Below, piece by piece: positions 11,001 to 20,411 of a stretch of 61,509 nt of DNA. The stretch lies in NCBI GenBank assembly GCA_052168235.1, contig JBQLZK010000045.1, positions 1 to 61,509 on the forward strand, in the 5' to 3' direction. The notes beneath the pieces are model-generated. The model saw only the letters and a program-made list of their open reading frames with translations. It searched no databases and was not told the DNA's origin. The first letter of the stretch is position 1; each line of letters begins with the position of its first letter. The DNA is from Thainema sp. GTDB taxonomy: Bacteria; Cyanobacteriota; Cyanobacteriia; Phormidesmidales; Phormidesmidaceae. Both the position numbers and the translations under genes were made by a program.

Positions 11001-14000
11001 GTCGATCTGAATTGTGATATCAGCCGTATCACTAGATTCACCATCACTGGCTTGTACTGTGACGGTATAGCTCGTGTCGTAAGCCTCAAAATCCAGATCT
11101 CCACTATCGGCAACGAATAACGCGCCTGTTGTGCTATCAATGCCAAAGGCAGCTACTCCATCCCCGTCATTGTCAGGGTTGGTGCCGCTTTCAATGGTCC
11201 AGCTAGTGACATTTTCTTCCGGGTCGAGGACTTCGACCATCCCGAAAAAGGTGCCGTCGGGCGTGTTTTCGTCAACGCTAAAGCTTTGGCCATCCGGAAT
11301 ATCCGGTGGTTCATTTTCGTTATCAACTTGAATCGTGACCGTGGCTAAATCTGTATTGCCTGCTGTATCCGTTGCGCGTACTGACAGGGTGTAGCTGGAG
11401 TCTGTTTCAAAGTCTAAATCATCTGGATCTGCCACAAAGATGGTTCCCGTACTGGCATTAATGCCAAACGTAGGGGTTTGGTCGCCATCTGGATCGGGAT
11501 TGCCTCCTAAAATGGCCCATGTTAGACCGCCAACATCAGCCTCATCTGGATCATTGCCGGTGATGGTGCCAACAACGGTGTTGAATGCTGCTGATTCGCT
11601 GACCGTAAAGGTTTGTCCGTCCGGAATAGTGGGTGACTCGTTTACATCATCTAAGTCAATTTGAATGAGCTCTGTGGTGGTTGCACCAGATTCATCAATG
11701 ACGGTGACTTCAATGCCGTAGGTGGAAGTTGATTCATAATCAAGCTCATCTCCGTCTGTAACGGTAATGGTGCCTGTGCCATTAATAGCAAAGGCGTTGA
11801 TACCATCACCATCGGCATCCGTGTTGCCACCTGTGATTGCCCAAGTCGTAATATTGCCTTCCGGATCATTGGCTTCGACTGTGCCAACGACCGTACCGTT
11901 TTCGGCATTCTCTTCTACGGTCAGAATTTGCCCGACTGGAATGACAGGCGGTTCATTAATGTTATCGACTTCAACCGTAACGGTGACCTGATCTGTTAGT
12001 TCACCGTCGCTAACTTGCACTTCGAGGGTATAAGTTGAAGTGGTTTCGAAATCAAGATCATCGGCATCTGCGATCGCAATTTGCCCCATGTCATCAATCG
12101 AAAAGACAGGCGTTCCATCCATGTCTGGATCTAGATTGCCACCGATGATTGACCAGGTTAGCGTGTCCGTCGGATCGGGATCGGTCGCATTGATGGAGCC
12201 GATAACTGTACCAGTTACTTCATCCTCTGCCACTTCAAATGTCAGATCTTGGCCCGGATCAATTACTGGCGGATCATTGGCATCCGTGACCGTGATGGTA
12301 AAGGTTTCCTGATCGCTTGCACCTTGCTCATCGGTTGCTTGAATCAGCAGGTCAAATGAACTATTGGCACCTTCAAAATCGAGATCATCAGCATCATTGA
12401 CAGTTAAGGTGCCTGTTGCTGGGTCAATTGCGAAAGCCGCATTGCCATCTCCATCCAGATCTAGATTGCCATCCTCAATCGACCAGGTAATCGTACTGCT
12501 GTCGATATCATCCGCCAGCAAAATGGCAATTTCATCTCCAGCTATAGCCGACTCACTAACTTCAAACGCAAAATCCTGCGTCGGATCAATTACTGGCGGA
12601 TCATTAACTGGCGTAACGACCACTGAGATATTGCTGGTTGTACTGGATATGGCAGTGCTACCACCATTGTTAGACGCGTTGGTCACTACTAGAGAGGTTT
12701 GCCCAACCGTAAAACTTCCCCGATAGCTATTATCAATCGCCCGAACCTGCAAGGCTGGGGGTGTACCGTTGTAGTTAGCCGCCGGTCTAAACCGAAGTAG
12801 CGTATTGGCTGATAGCACTAAAGCGGCGGTATTGCTGACGCTTGGAACATTGAACCAATTAGTGCCGCCATTGGTTGAATACTGCCAGCGTCCCTGCGTG
12901 GTGGAATTGGCTGGATTGCTTATGACGGCAATCCCTGCCAACGAACTATTAGGGTCAATATCGTTAAAAACGGGTGCAACTAAATTCGACACAGAGGTGC
13001 CAGTTGGATTGAGCGCATCTTCATCAACTGCAGGCAGCGCAACATCGCCCAGCAAATTGGGAGCATCATTCGTAGCAGCGACATTAACCGTAACAGCAAC
13101 GTTATCGGTTGCACCATCATCATCTTGAACTTGCACCAGGAATGTTTCAGAACCGCTAAAGTTTATTCCTGGCGTGTAGCTGACAACTCCGTTAGCATCC
13201 ACCGAAGCCGTCCCGTTTTGAGGTGTCTGGACAACCTGCCAGGTAAATGTATCGTCGCCTGGATCGGTCACCGTTAATGCAACTGTACCAGCTGTTGTCG
13301 TATCTTCTTGAATCGTAATTGTTGGATTTGCTTGGTTAATAAGGGGTGCAACATTATTGATCGTGAATGAGGCAGTCGCCGAATCAGTTTCGTCAGTCGC
13401 CGTATCGTTAACCGTTACGGTGATTGCATACGGCGCTCCATCCGGAGCATTATCTACATACTGGTGGTCAACGTTAAAGAAGAAAATACCAGTGCCATTC
13501 CCATCAACGTCCCCTCCATTGATCACGGTGATATCAGTCGTGGTTTCATCACCCCAATCAATCGTTGCGGTGTAATTAGCGGGGTCAACGCCATCACTAT
13601 CTCTAAACGTTGCATTCAGCGTGACAGTTGTTCCTTCGTTTTGTGGCGAACTTGGATCAACCGCAACGTTAGTAATTTCTGGTGCTACAAAGGTTGATGT
13701 GTAGGTATTTAATGTTTGAGTCGTAAACGCGAGTGTGCGTGGTTCATGGGCTAACGTACCAACAACTTGATCGAGCTGCCAATCTCCTCCCTGTTCTGCA
13801 TTTCCCACTAAACGCTGAGAGGCATGAATGGTCGCCTGAGTCAGATTCTGTAAGTGAGTAAGTAATTCTGAACCCGCATCTCCCAAAGCAACTCGGCAAC
13901 CATACAAGAAAATATGGGATGCCGACAAACCCCATTGACTCAACTCTGCTTTGTATTGTCGAATCGTGTCTAAACTGAGCTGTTGATTTCCTAGATATAA

Positions 14001-14246
14001 GCAACCTGGCGAACCATGTGACACAACGTGCAGTGCAACTGGGATATCGCTCCCATAGTCTGTTCTGATGCGCTGCAGGATGTGGGTAATCTGCTGAATA
14101 CCATCGGCTTGAGCATCCAGTAAATAAACAGCAACCCCAGCTTTGGCTCCGCTGAGCAAATACTGGTAATCGTTGACCCCTGGATCAATAATTAAAACCT
14201 GAAGGGCGGTCGTAGAAGCATTGGAAGGATGAAGAGTAGTAGTCAT
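8013..14246 (-). CDS. Large surface/secreted adhesin: DUF4347 + PKD-like + multiple cadherin repeats + C-terminal FG-GAP/VCBS repeats
   Basis: LHVVSHGSPG..LYGCRVA (DUF4347); IDWGD/INWGDG (PKD-like); repeated NEPP...V.EN...A.DP....W.I..GN.D.DGDG..AF.I...DLDFE; GDYDGDGQDDLVWRN repeats. Confidence 0.92.
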   Translation of the reverse strand: MTTTLHPSNASTTALQVLIIDPGVNDYQYLLSGAKAGVAVYLLDAQADGIQQITHILQRIRTDYGSDIPVALHVVSHGSPGCLYLGNQQLSLDTIRQYKAELSQWGLSASHIFLYGCRVALGDAGSELLTHLQNLTQATIHASQRLVGNAEQGGDWQLDQVVGTLAHEPRTLAFTTQTLNTYTSTFVAPEITNVAVDPSSPQNEGTTVTLNATFRDSDGVDPANYTATIDWGDETTTDITVINGGDVDGNGTGIFFFNVDHQYVDNAPDGAPYAITVTVNDTATDETDSATASFTINNVAPLINQANPTITIQEDTTTAGTVALTVTDPGDDTFTWQVVQTPQNGTASVDANGVVSYTPGINFSGSETFLVQVQDDDGATDNVAVTVNVAATNDAPNLLGDVALPAVDEDALNPTGTSVSNLVAPVFNDIDPNSSLAGIAVISNPANSTTQGRWQYSTNGGTNWFNVPSVSNTAALVLSANTLLRFRPAANYNGTPPALQVRAIDNSYRGSFTVGQTSLVVTNASNNGGSTAISSTTSNISVVVTPVNDPPVIDPTQDFAFEVSESAIAGDEIAILLADDIDSSTITWSIEDGNLDLDGDGNAAFAIDPATGTLTVNDADDLDFEGANSSFDLLIQATDEQGASDQETFTITVTDANDPPVIDPGQDLTFEVAEDEVTGTVIGSINATDPDPTDTLTWSIIGGNLDPDMDGTPVFSIDDMGQIAIADADDLDFETTSTYTLEVQVSDGELTDQVTVTVEVDNINEPPVIPVGQILTVEENAENGTVVGTVEANDPEGNITTWAITGGNTDADGDGINAFAINGTGTITVTDGDELDYESTSTYGIEVTVIDESGATTTELIQIDLDDVNESPTIPDGQTFTVSESAAFNTVVGTITGNDPDEADVGGLTWAILGGNPDPDGDQTPTFGINASTGTIFVADPDDLDFETDSSYTLSVRATDTAGNTDLATVTIQVDNENEPPDIPDGQSFSVDENTPDGTFFGMVEVLDPEENVTSWTIESGTNPDNDGDGVAAFGIDSTTGALFVADSGDLDFEAYDTSYTVTVQASDGESSDTADITIQIDNVNEPPVIVPDQLFTIPENSPVGTPVGQVSVSDPEGEPSNTFSWSITAESNPDLDGDGNAAFAIDSTGQILVNDADDLDFETAPNLYDLTIQAGDTGEEVGTAVVQVEVTDVNEPPVIDPDQTLSATLLENSANSTVVGTVTATDPDIGEVLNWSITNGNVDTDGDGTSAFLISDSGEITIADSDDLDFEANSTFDLELTVTDGEFSDVTNFTVTLTNVNEPPVVPADQVLTVPENSANGTEVGMVMVNDPEGNVTNWSITANNPDTDGDGIRLFQINSNGLITVADGDELDFETTSSYDLTVRAVDEEGETGSATVTIEVDNVNEPPSIMSGQTFTINENAEISTEIGFISAGDPEGDPLTWAIVGGNPDVDGDGVSAFGLNSQTGRLFVQDSEDLNYEFASNYTIDVQVTDSAGNTDTESVNIALNDINEAPAIAPNQVFNVDENSPVDTVFGDVVAADPEEDALTWTILSGNPDNDGDSTGAFSINANGELVVADRDDLNFEAYPTSYTLQVQVSDGEFSDTEAITVNVNNVNEPPLIPVGQVLTVIENSANGTVVGDVVATDPEGDNITAWTINNGNRDVDGDGTRAFAISNTGQITVADAGDLNFEVQPTFVLLVAATDANGAVGTRNVTVNLTDANDPPANLLLQPGTLRLSGQPYRLNGSFVDPDPADTHTVTINWGDGSSSTLDLPAGDVDFENISHIYDDPGNYSISVQVTDEDGATTSARQQAVIGNSQFPDFNRDALPDVVWRNDVTGQNSIWLLDDSNARTQVGALPPVTGANWQIEGVGDYDGDGQDDLVWRNSTTGQNSVWFMNGTNRVGTAGLPAVAEAGWQLGGVGDFSASSPLRDDLVWRNELTGQNVIWVMNGINRIGTIALDNVPGSDWEIAGVGNFDQDGQLDDLIWRNYETGQNVVWFVESDGTKRTQALDPLDDPNWRIEGASDFDGDGVADDLLWRNSVEGKTSVWFYNNGARVGTAPITPPVTNGNWSPVV

Positions 14247-14932
14247 AGCGTTTTTTGATACAGCACTACAGAGATTGACGGGTTGCAAAGACCAATACCC
14301 ATCAGATAGCGATTTTCGGTAGAAACCAATAAACCATAAACGCAGTCTGCGAATTTGATTTCTAGCTGTTACTTATGTTTACGTCTGCTGTGTCCACCTA
14401 CGTCTAAGCAACTGCGCTAGCAGCTGTTTACTTTTTCTGCCAACGTTTTTGCAAGAGCAAAGTCAAGTATTTTACAAACGGGAGTAAGTATAGTACAAAC
14501 TCCTCAGCTCGACATTTTTTGCGATGAAATAATTTAATCTTAGATAGAAACGATTAAAAAACTTTGATGTCTCTATCGAGAACGCCAGCGTCTAAATCTG
14601 TCCAAAGGAGTAGTGTCGAAAACCATTGGATGACATAAAATGCGCTAAATCCAGCGTATGCCCTAAGTTTTGCAGCTTAGGGCAGCATTTGAAATGCTGA
14701 CTTGGCACTCCTACTTCGTGAGTTAATCTGATTTCGCGAGTAATTCGCGAGTAATAAGATTGTAAACTCCAATTTTCGTTGAATAGGGGCAGTTAGCAGC
14801 ATCAGCATTTTCGTGTGCAGCTTGCCAAGAAAAAACAACCTTCTCTGCTGCCACTATTGCAAAACGTAAGCAGTAGAAAAGATTGTTTGCTTAGCTACAT
14901 TACTGTTGTATAGCAGTTAGTATCATTCCCTT

Positions 14933-15597
14933 TTACCAAGGGAGAACTTCGCCGTTGCTGTGCCAGAATGTGCCTGTATTTTCCATCGATAAGGCATCAA
15001 TTCTTGCCAATAAACCCTTCACGGCCTCTTCAGTGGTAATTCCATTTTGGGTAAAGCCAGTCATGCGGGTGCTAACCAAGCCGGGATGCAGAATAGCAAC
15101 GGCAATTCTACGCGGTTTCAAATCGTGGGATAACGATTTGCCTGCCATGGATACGGCCACCTTAGACATCCGATAGCCATAGGAACCACCGGATGTGTTG
15201 TCCTCCATTGACCCCATACGGCTGGTCATGATTGCAACTTTACCGCCATCTCGGATCAACGGCAGTAAAGCATGGGTCAAGCGCAGAGTTCGATCGCATT
15301 TACCTCAAACTGCTTGCGGATACTGGCAAAATCCAAATCATCTAGGCTAACGCGTTCGAGAATACCAGCGTTGTTGATTAAGACATCCAGCGTAACGCCC
15401 TTTAGTTTCTGAGCTAGCTGAGCAACCGATTCATCCGACGTGATATCGATATCGGTTTCAACCCGCACTCCCAGCGAATCTAGCTCTTCCGAAGATACCC
15501 GACACACTGCAATGACATCGTCACCACGCTGCTGAAGCTGCTTGCAGTATTCATAGCCAATGCCACGGTTGGCTCCGGTTACTAGATAAGTCGCCAT
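14933..15597 (-). pseudogene. Short-chain dehydrogenase/reductase (SDR), frameshifted near 15290
   Basis: TGANRGIG and NNAG in one frame; SRMGS, YRMSK, LHPG in the next; one missing base restores a continuous frame. Confidence 0.85.
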
Positions 15598-15696
15598 ATC
15601 GTACTCCAAGTCAAACGTTAGAATACTAAACTCCGGGTATAGCCTACTGCAACTCTGCCACCAAAGTCTCTGCCCTAAGCCGTAGCATTGTCGTGA

Positions 15697-16671
15697 TCAA
15701 GCCCAGAGTCGCGTATAGACTTGGCCGTCATCCCAAATCGATTTGATTTGTGTGCCAACCGCGCTGAAGAAGCCCCAGAAATAGAATACGCCGCGTACTG
15801 CAATCTTCAAAGGTGAGCCGCTCTTATGGCAAGGTGGACGGCCCAACACGTGACAGTCAAACAGTCGCCAATACAGCCGCAGGCACTGCCCTACAGTCAA
15901 GTGCTTAAATGACATCAAGAAATGATTGTGGTAATGTGTGACCTGATATTTTAGCGATCGCGTACTGATGTCATGACAGCCGCCCGTTGGTTCACCTAAA
16001 TGGATCAGTACCGCTTGGGGGTCGTACCAAATCTGATAGTCTGTATGTCGAATTTCGAGGCAAAAGTCGGATTCTTCCCGAACGGCACTGCCCCGGAAAC
16101 GCTCATCAAACCGTAGGCCATGCTGGGTAAAGATCTCCCGCCGAAATGACATATTGCAACCGCGGGCTGAAATTACGGGTTGCGGTTGAGTCGTGTGGAC
16201 TAAATCAAGGTAATACCAAGCGATACCAGGATCCATTGCTTGGGGCGGCAAGTACTCTTGAGTGAACCCATCCGGTGAGTTTTCCATAATCATCCGGTCA
16301 AGCACTCGTCCGGCCACCGCACCCACCTTAGGCTGATCGATAAAGTTCTGGGCGTGGGCTTTGAGATAGCCTGGTTCCATCCGCACATCATCATCAATAA
16401 ATACAACGATGTCGCCAGTTGACTGGCTGACGCCGTAGTTGCGCGCTCCCGGTAAACTGGCCCACTTGAGCCGCAGCCAGCGAATTTTGCCTTGCTCTTC
16501 TAAACTGCGCAAGCATTCAGTCGTCTCTGGCTCATGCTCTTGGGTCTGATCGACAACCAACACTTCAAAGGTGGGATAATCCTGCTGCAATACGTCCATC
16601 AGCGTGTCCCGCAGCGGTTCTTCGCGCTGATAGGTGGGGACAATCACAGAGATAGAGGGCCAGTTTGTCAT
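15697..16671 (-). CDS. hpsN: GT2 glycosyltransferase, hormogonium polysaccharide HpsN-like
   Basis: SVIVPTY, VVDQ, ARNYG, FIDDD, GCNMSFRR, REESDF motifs; AMDPGIAWYYLDLVHT segment recalled from HpsN. Confidence 0.75.
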   Translation of the reverse strand: MTNWPSISVIVPTYQREEPLRDTLMDVLQQDYPTFEVLVVDQTQEHEPETTECLRSLEEQGKIRWLRLKWASLPGARNYGVSQSTGDIVVFIDDDVRMEPGYLKAHAQNFIDQPKVGAVAGRVLDRMIMENSPDGFTQEYLPPQAMDPGIAWYYLDLVHTTQPQPVISARGCNMSFRREIFTQHGLRFDERFRGSAVREESDFCLEIRHTDYQIWYDPQAVLIHLGEPTGGCHDISTRSLKYQVTHYHNHFLMSFKHLTVGQCLRLYWRLFDCHVLGRPPCHKSGSPLKIAVRGVFYFWGFFSAVGTQIKSIWDDGQVYTRLWA

Positions 16672-17097
16672 AGCTCAAGATAAGGATTTAGGGCGAGGTT
16701 CCACTGATAAGATACCCATTCTGTGAGCATGGGCGACATCTTGCACGGAGAGTCTCACATCTTGCTCTCAATCTCAGACTTGCTCTCAATCCCAGAAAGA
16801 TGATGTTGTCGTCGTGAGTACTGACGGGCTGCTGGTTTCTATCTAACTTTGCAGAATTCTGCAATGAAAATTGCTGAAAAGAGCAATCAAGCCTGCCTGA
16901 AAACGTATTCAACTTCGCAGAAAGATTCAATCACTGCAAAAAGAGTCTGGCTTAGGTTGTGTACAGAGTGAGATGCCATAAGGATAAGAGTTCCCAATTA
17001 ATGTTGGAATCTAACTGACTTTTAATAACTCCTTTCCATCATTTTTTGACTCACGGGTCACTAGCTAAAGCCGCATTCTCTAGCCGGAACAATCGCC

Positions 17098-17364
17098 ATG
17101 TTTTCCTCTAAGCCTATCTTTACGCCTCATGTTCAAGTAGAACTTGTGTATCTGCAAGCAGATTTAGATAATCTCCTGCTTGATCTGTTGAATCGGATTG
17201 ATTCCAAGCTTGATCCGGTTCAAAAGGCCACTATATTACATGATTTTGAACATTCTCATGATCGGCTGAAACGCTACGGGCTGATCTGGCCAAGATCTAG
17301 TATTCATAATCAATCAGGAATTCCATATTCAGATTATTGTTGCAAAATTCAGGCAAAGTTATAG
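17098..17364 (+). CDS. Small hypothetical protein
   Basis: 88-aa ATG ORF co-oriented ahead of the desaturase/PKS cluster. Confidence 0.45.
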   Translation: MFSSKPIFTPHVQVELVYLQADLDNLLLDLLNRIDSKLDPVQKATILHDFEHSHDRLKRYGLIWPRSSIHNQSGIPYSDYCCKIQAKL

Positions 17365-17447
17365 GCAGCGCTTGTCCTACATAAACAGTAAATCGAGTTT
17401 TATTTATAAACTTAACGCCGTCCACTTTTCCTAGGAAATTAAGCGTA

Positions 17448-19064
17448 ATGAGTAATAACATCAAGGCTCAAGTCCTAGAGCGCCAAAGGACTGAAAGTCC
17501 CCAACAGCTTGAAGATTTAGAATCAGTTGATACAGTTCAAACAGTTAATAGTTCTAACTCACAGACTGCTCAGAAGCCAATTGATCTGCCTAATCTTGAC
17601 CCGAATTTACAGCAGAACAATTCAACTCAAAAACCAGCAATGGTTGCACCGGAACGCACCAGTACATTGATGCCGAATGTTTGGGTGTATGACGGTGATG
17701 CCTATGATTTAACGGAATTTATGACGAAACATCCGGGCGGCGAATTCTTCATTGGCCGGATGAAAAATCGCGATATTACGACTCTGGTTAACGTGCTTCA
17801 CCGCAACCCAGCCAAGGCCAAGCAGCGGCTCAAACAGTATGCGCTGGGCCGAAAAGCTACGCCGGAAGATCTGCATCCCAAATGCAATGCGCCACCGTTT
17901 TTATTCAAACCCAATTTTGACGGTCGCGTGGATACGCCGACGTTTGATTTTGACAATCCTGACCAGTTGCTCAACCGAATCCGCGATCGCATCAATCATC
18001 CCACTGTTCAAGCGCAAATTGCCCGTGTGGATGTTTGGTTTGATGTAACGGCTGTGGTGCTGCTGGTGATGTACGTAGCGGTGCAGGTATTGCGACTTGA
18101 GTTAACTCCTTGGATGCCGCTTTATCTATTTGTGCCGCTGATGGTGGGGCTGCGAATTGCCCTGTCTGGGGTGGGTCATTATCTCAACCATCGGCCAATG
18201 GTAGGGTTCAATAAGTTTGCCTGTCATGTCTTTGATATCAATTACGTACCGATGGCGTTTGTGGTGGTTGATGGTCACACGCTGCTGCATCATCCCTACA
18301 CGCAAACGGATGTCGATGTGAAGCAAAATGTCTTCACGGCGATGATGGATTTACCCCGCTATTATCGGATGCCGCTGCATACGCTGCACAAGTTGGGGCA
18401 CGTAGCGACGGGCATGTTGATGCGGATGGCTGAGCTGTGCATTAACGGCGTGAAGTACGGCGTAGAAGACATGTATGGCAATCGCCAGCGAGCGTTTCCT
18501 CACTATGCGGGACTGGTGGCAATGCGGCTGTTGCTGCTGGGCGAGTGCGTGATATTTGCGCTCAATGGCCAATTTTGGGCTTGGCTGGCTCAGTTCGTGG
18601 TGACGCTGTGGATCAGCACGTTCATGATCGTGGCCAGCCATGATTTTGAAGATGATCAGACCCACACTGACGTGAAGGCAGAATCGGACTGGGCGGTTTG
18701 GCAAATCCAGACCTCCTATGACCTGACGATGATTGGCAACAAATATGTTGACTGCTTTCTGTCGGCGGGTCTAAGCCCCCATCGCGTCCATCACGTTCTG
18801 CCCTACCAACGCAGCGGATTCGCCAACATTATCAGTGAAGACATCGTGCGAGAAGAAGCCGCCAAGTTTAACCTGCCCTGGCATCCACCGAAAAACTTCT
18901 TTTGCGATCGCTTACCGCTGATGTCTCGGCACTATCTGCTCAGTCCCTCCCGCCAAGCCAAAGAGGAAAATCTCAACATCTGGCAAGAACACTTCAATCC
19001 ATTAGCCCTCAAAACAGCCGTCACCTACGTCTACAAAGGCTTCATCGGTATCGGCTCAATTTGA
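17448..19064 (+). CDS. Cytochrome b5-fused fatty acid desaturase-like protein
   Basis: YDLTEFMTKHPGG heme motif; His boxes HYLNH, HTLLHH, HRVHH; TM helices. Confidence 0.9.
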   Translation: MSNNIKAQVLERQRTESPQQLEDLESVDTVQTVNSSNSQTAQKPIDLPNLDPNLQQNNSTQKPAMVAPERTSTLMPNVWVYDGDAYDLTEFMTKHPGGEFFIGRMKNRDITTLVNVLHRNPAKAKQRLKQYALGRKATPEDLHPKCNAPPFLFKPNFDGRVDTPTFDFDNPDQLLNRIRDRINHPTVQAQIARVDVWFDVTAVVLLVMYVAVQVLRLELTPWMPLYLFVPLMVGLRIALSGVGHYLNHRPMVGFNKFACHVFDINYVPMAFVVVDGHTLLHHPYTQTDVDVKQNVFTAMMDLPRYYRMPLHTLHKLGHVATGMLMRMAELCINGVKYGVEDMYGNRQRAFPHYAGLVAMRLLLLGECVIFALNGQFWAWLAQFVVTLWISTFMIVASHDFEDDQTHTDVKAESDWAVWQIQTSYDLTMIGNKYVDCFLSAGLSPHRVHHVLPYQRSGFANIISEDIVREEAAKFNLPWHPPKNFFCDRLPLMSRHYLLSPSRQAKEENLNIWQEHFNPLALKTAVTYVYKGFIGIGSI

Positions 19065-19144
19065 AACTCCCTCTCCCCCTCACCCTTACTCCCCCTCTCC
19101 CCTTTTCTTATCTCCGCATGAACACTCCTATCTAAATTATCGCC

Positions 19145-20374
19145 ATGACTCCCCCCGTTTCTCAAGTTAGTCCTTCCATTGGCCGTCTCGTTAATCACTC
19201 AGCTTCTCCCGTAGAAACGCATGGTACTCCGCCGAAACACCTGCCGTCTCAATCGGAGCTGGCTCGACCGACTCGCCCTACTCACACTCTCGTCCCTGTG
19301 ATTGAACGGCTGGCTACGGGTACGCCGCAACACTTAACGCCTCAAGCCGAGGCCGCACGGTTTGTTGCAGAGTTGCCGCATTTGAAGCAAAACTGTCACC
19401 GCATTGAGAAAATTTACGGCAATACCCGGATTAATGCTCGCCATCTAGCTATTGACCTGCTTTCCAATGAAACTGTGGCTTTCAGCCGTCGAGCAGGCAC
19501 GATTGAATCCCGCATGGATAGCTTTAAATACCATGCGGTGCCGCTCGCTGAGCAGGTGGTTAAACCCGCACTGGCCGGAATTGCCCTGGAGTCGATTGGA
19601 CTAATCGTCTTCGTTACCAGCACCGGATTTGTTGCCCCTGGTGTCGATGCTGAGCTGATTGAGCGGCTGGGACTGCGGCGTAATATTGCCCGCGTCACGG
19701 TTAACTTTATGGGCTGTGCGGCAGCGATGAATGGGCTGCGGGTGGCCTGCGACCATGTCAAAGCTTATCCCCATCAAAAAGCGCTGCTGATTTGCTTGGA
19801 ACTGAGTTCAATCAACGCCACGTTTAACGACGACATTAATGACGTGATTATTCACAGTATTTTTGGTGATGGCTGTGCAGCGGCTGTGATTGGCTGCCAG
19901 GAGACAGAAGTAGCTCACGCCAGCGGTCAAATCCTAATCCGCGACCACCTCAGCTATTTGGTGGAAGACACGCAGGATGGCATCAGGCTGGGGATTCGCG
20001 ATAACGGCATTACCTGTCGGCTGTCGCGCTCTCTGCCGGACTATATTGAAGCCGGGGTGGGGCGAGTGATTGAGAATTACTTGGCAGCGCACCAGCTCAA
20101 TAAAGCCGACATTGACCTGTGGGCCGTGCATCCTGGCGGCACCCGGATTATTCAGAAAGCTCAGAGTTCACTGGGTTTGACCAATGAGCAGGTGGATTAT
20201 AGCTGGGGGGTGTTGCAAGAGTACGGCAATATGCTGAGCGTTTCGATTCTGTTCGTACTCCAGCGCATGCTGCAACAGCGTCACCTGAAGTCAAGCGACC
20301 AGCCTGCAACGGGTTTAGCCTTTTCCTTCTCGCCCGGTGTGGGCATAGAAGGAGCCTTATTTGAAATGGCATGA
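19145..20374 (+). CDS. Type III polyketide synthase (chalcone synthase-like)
   Basis: Catalytic Cys in FMGCAA, His in WAVHPGG, Asn in YGNM; IFGDG and FSPG motifs. Confidence 0.95.
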   Translation: MTPPVSQVSPSIGRLVNHSASPVETHGTPPKHLPSQSELARPTRPTHTLVPVIERLATGTPQHLTPQAEAARFVAELPHLKQNCHRIEKIYGNTRINARHLAIDLLSNETVAFSRRAGTIESRMDSFKYHAVPLAEQVVKPALAGIALESIGLIVFVTSTGFVAPGVDAELIERLGLRRNIARVTVNFMGCAAAMNGLRVACDHVKAYPHQKALLICLELSSINATFNDDINDVIIHSIFGDGCAAAVIGCQETEVAHASGQILIRDHLSYLVEDTQDGIRLGIRDNGITCRLSRSLPDYIEAGVGRVIENYLAAHQLNKADIDLWAVHPGGTRIIQKAQSSLGLTNEQVDYSWGVLQEYGNMLSVSILFVLQRMLQQRHLKSSDQPATGLAFSFSPGVGIEGALFEMA

Positions 20375-20411
20375 AAATAATTTGCGTCGTCAGTGAGTCA
20401 TTACAAACGCC

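Noticed and set aside
8356..13697. Many plus-strand ORFs opposite the cadherin gene
   Set aside because: Antisense shadows of a repetitive, codon-biased gene; no motifs
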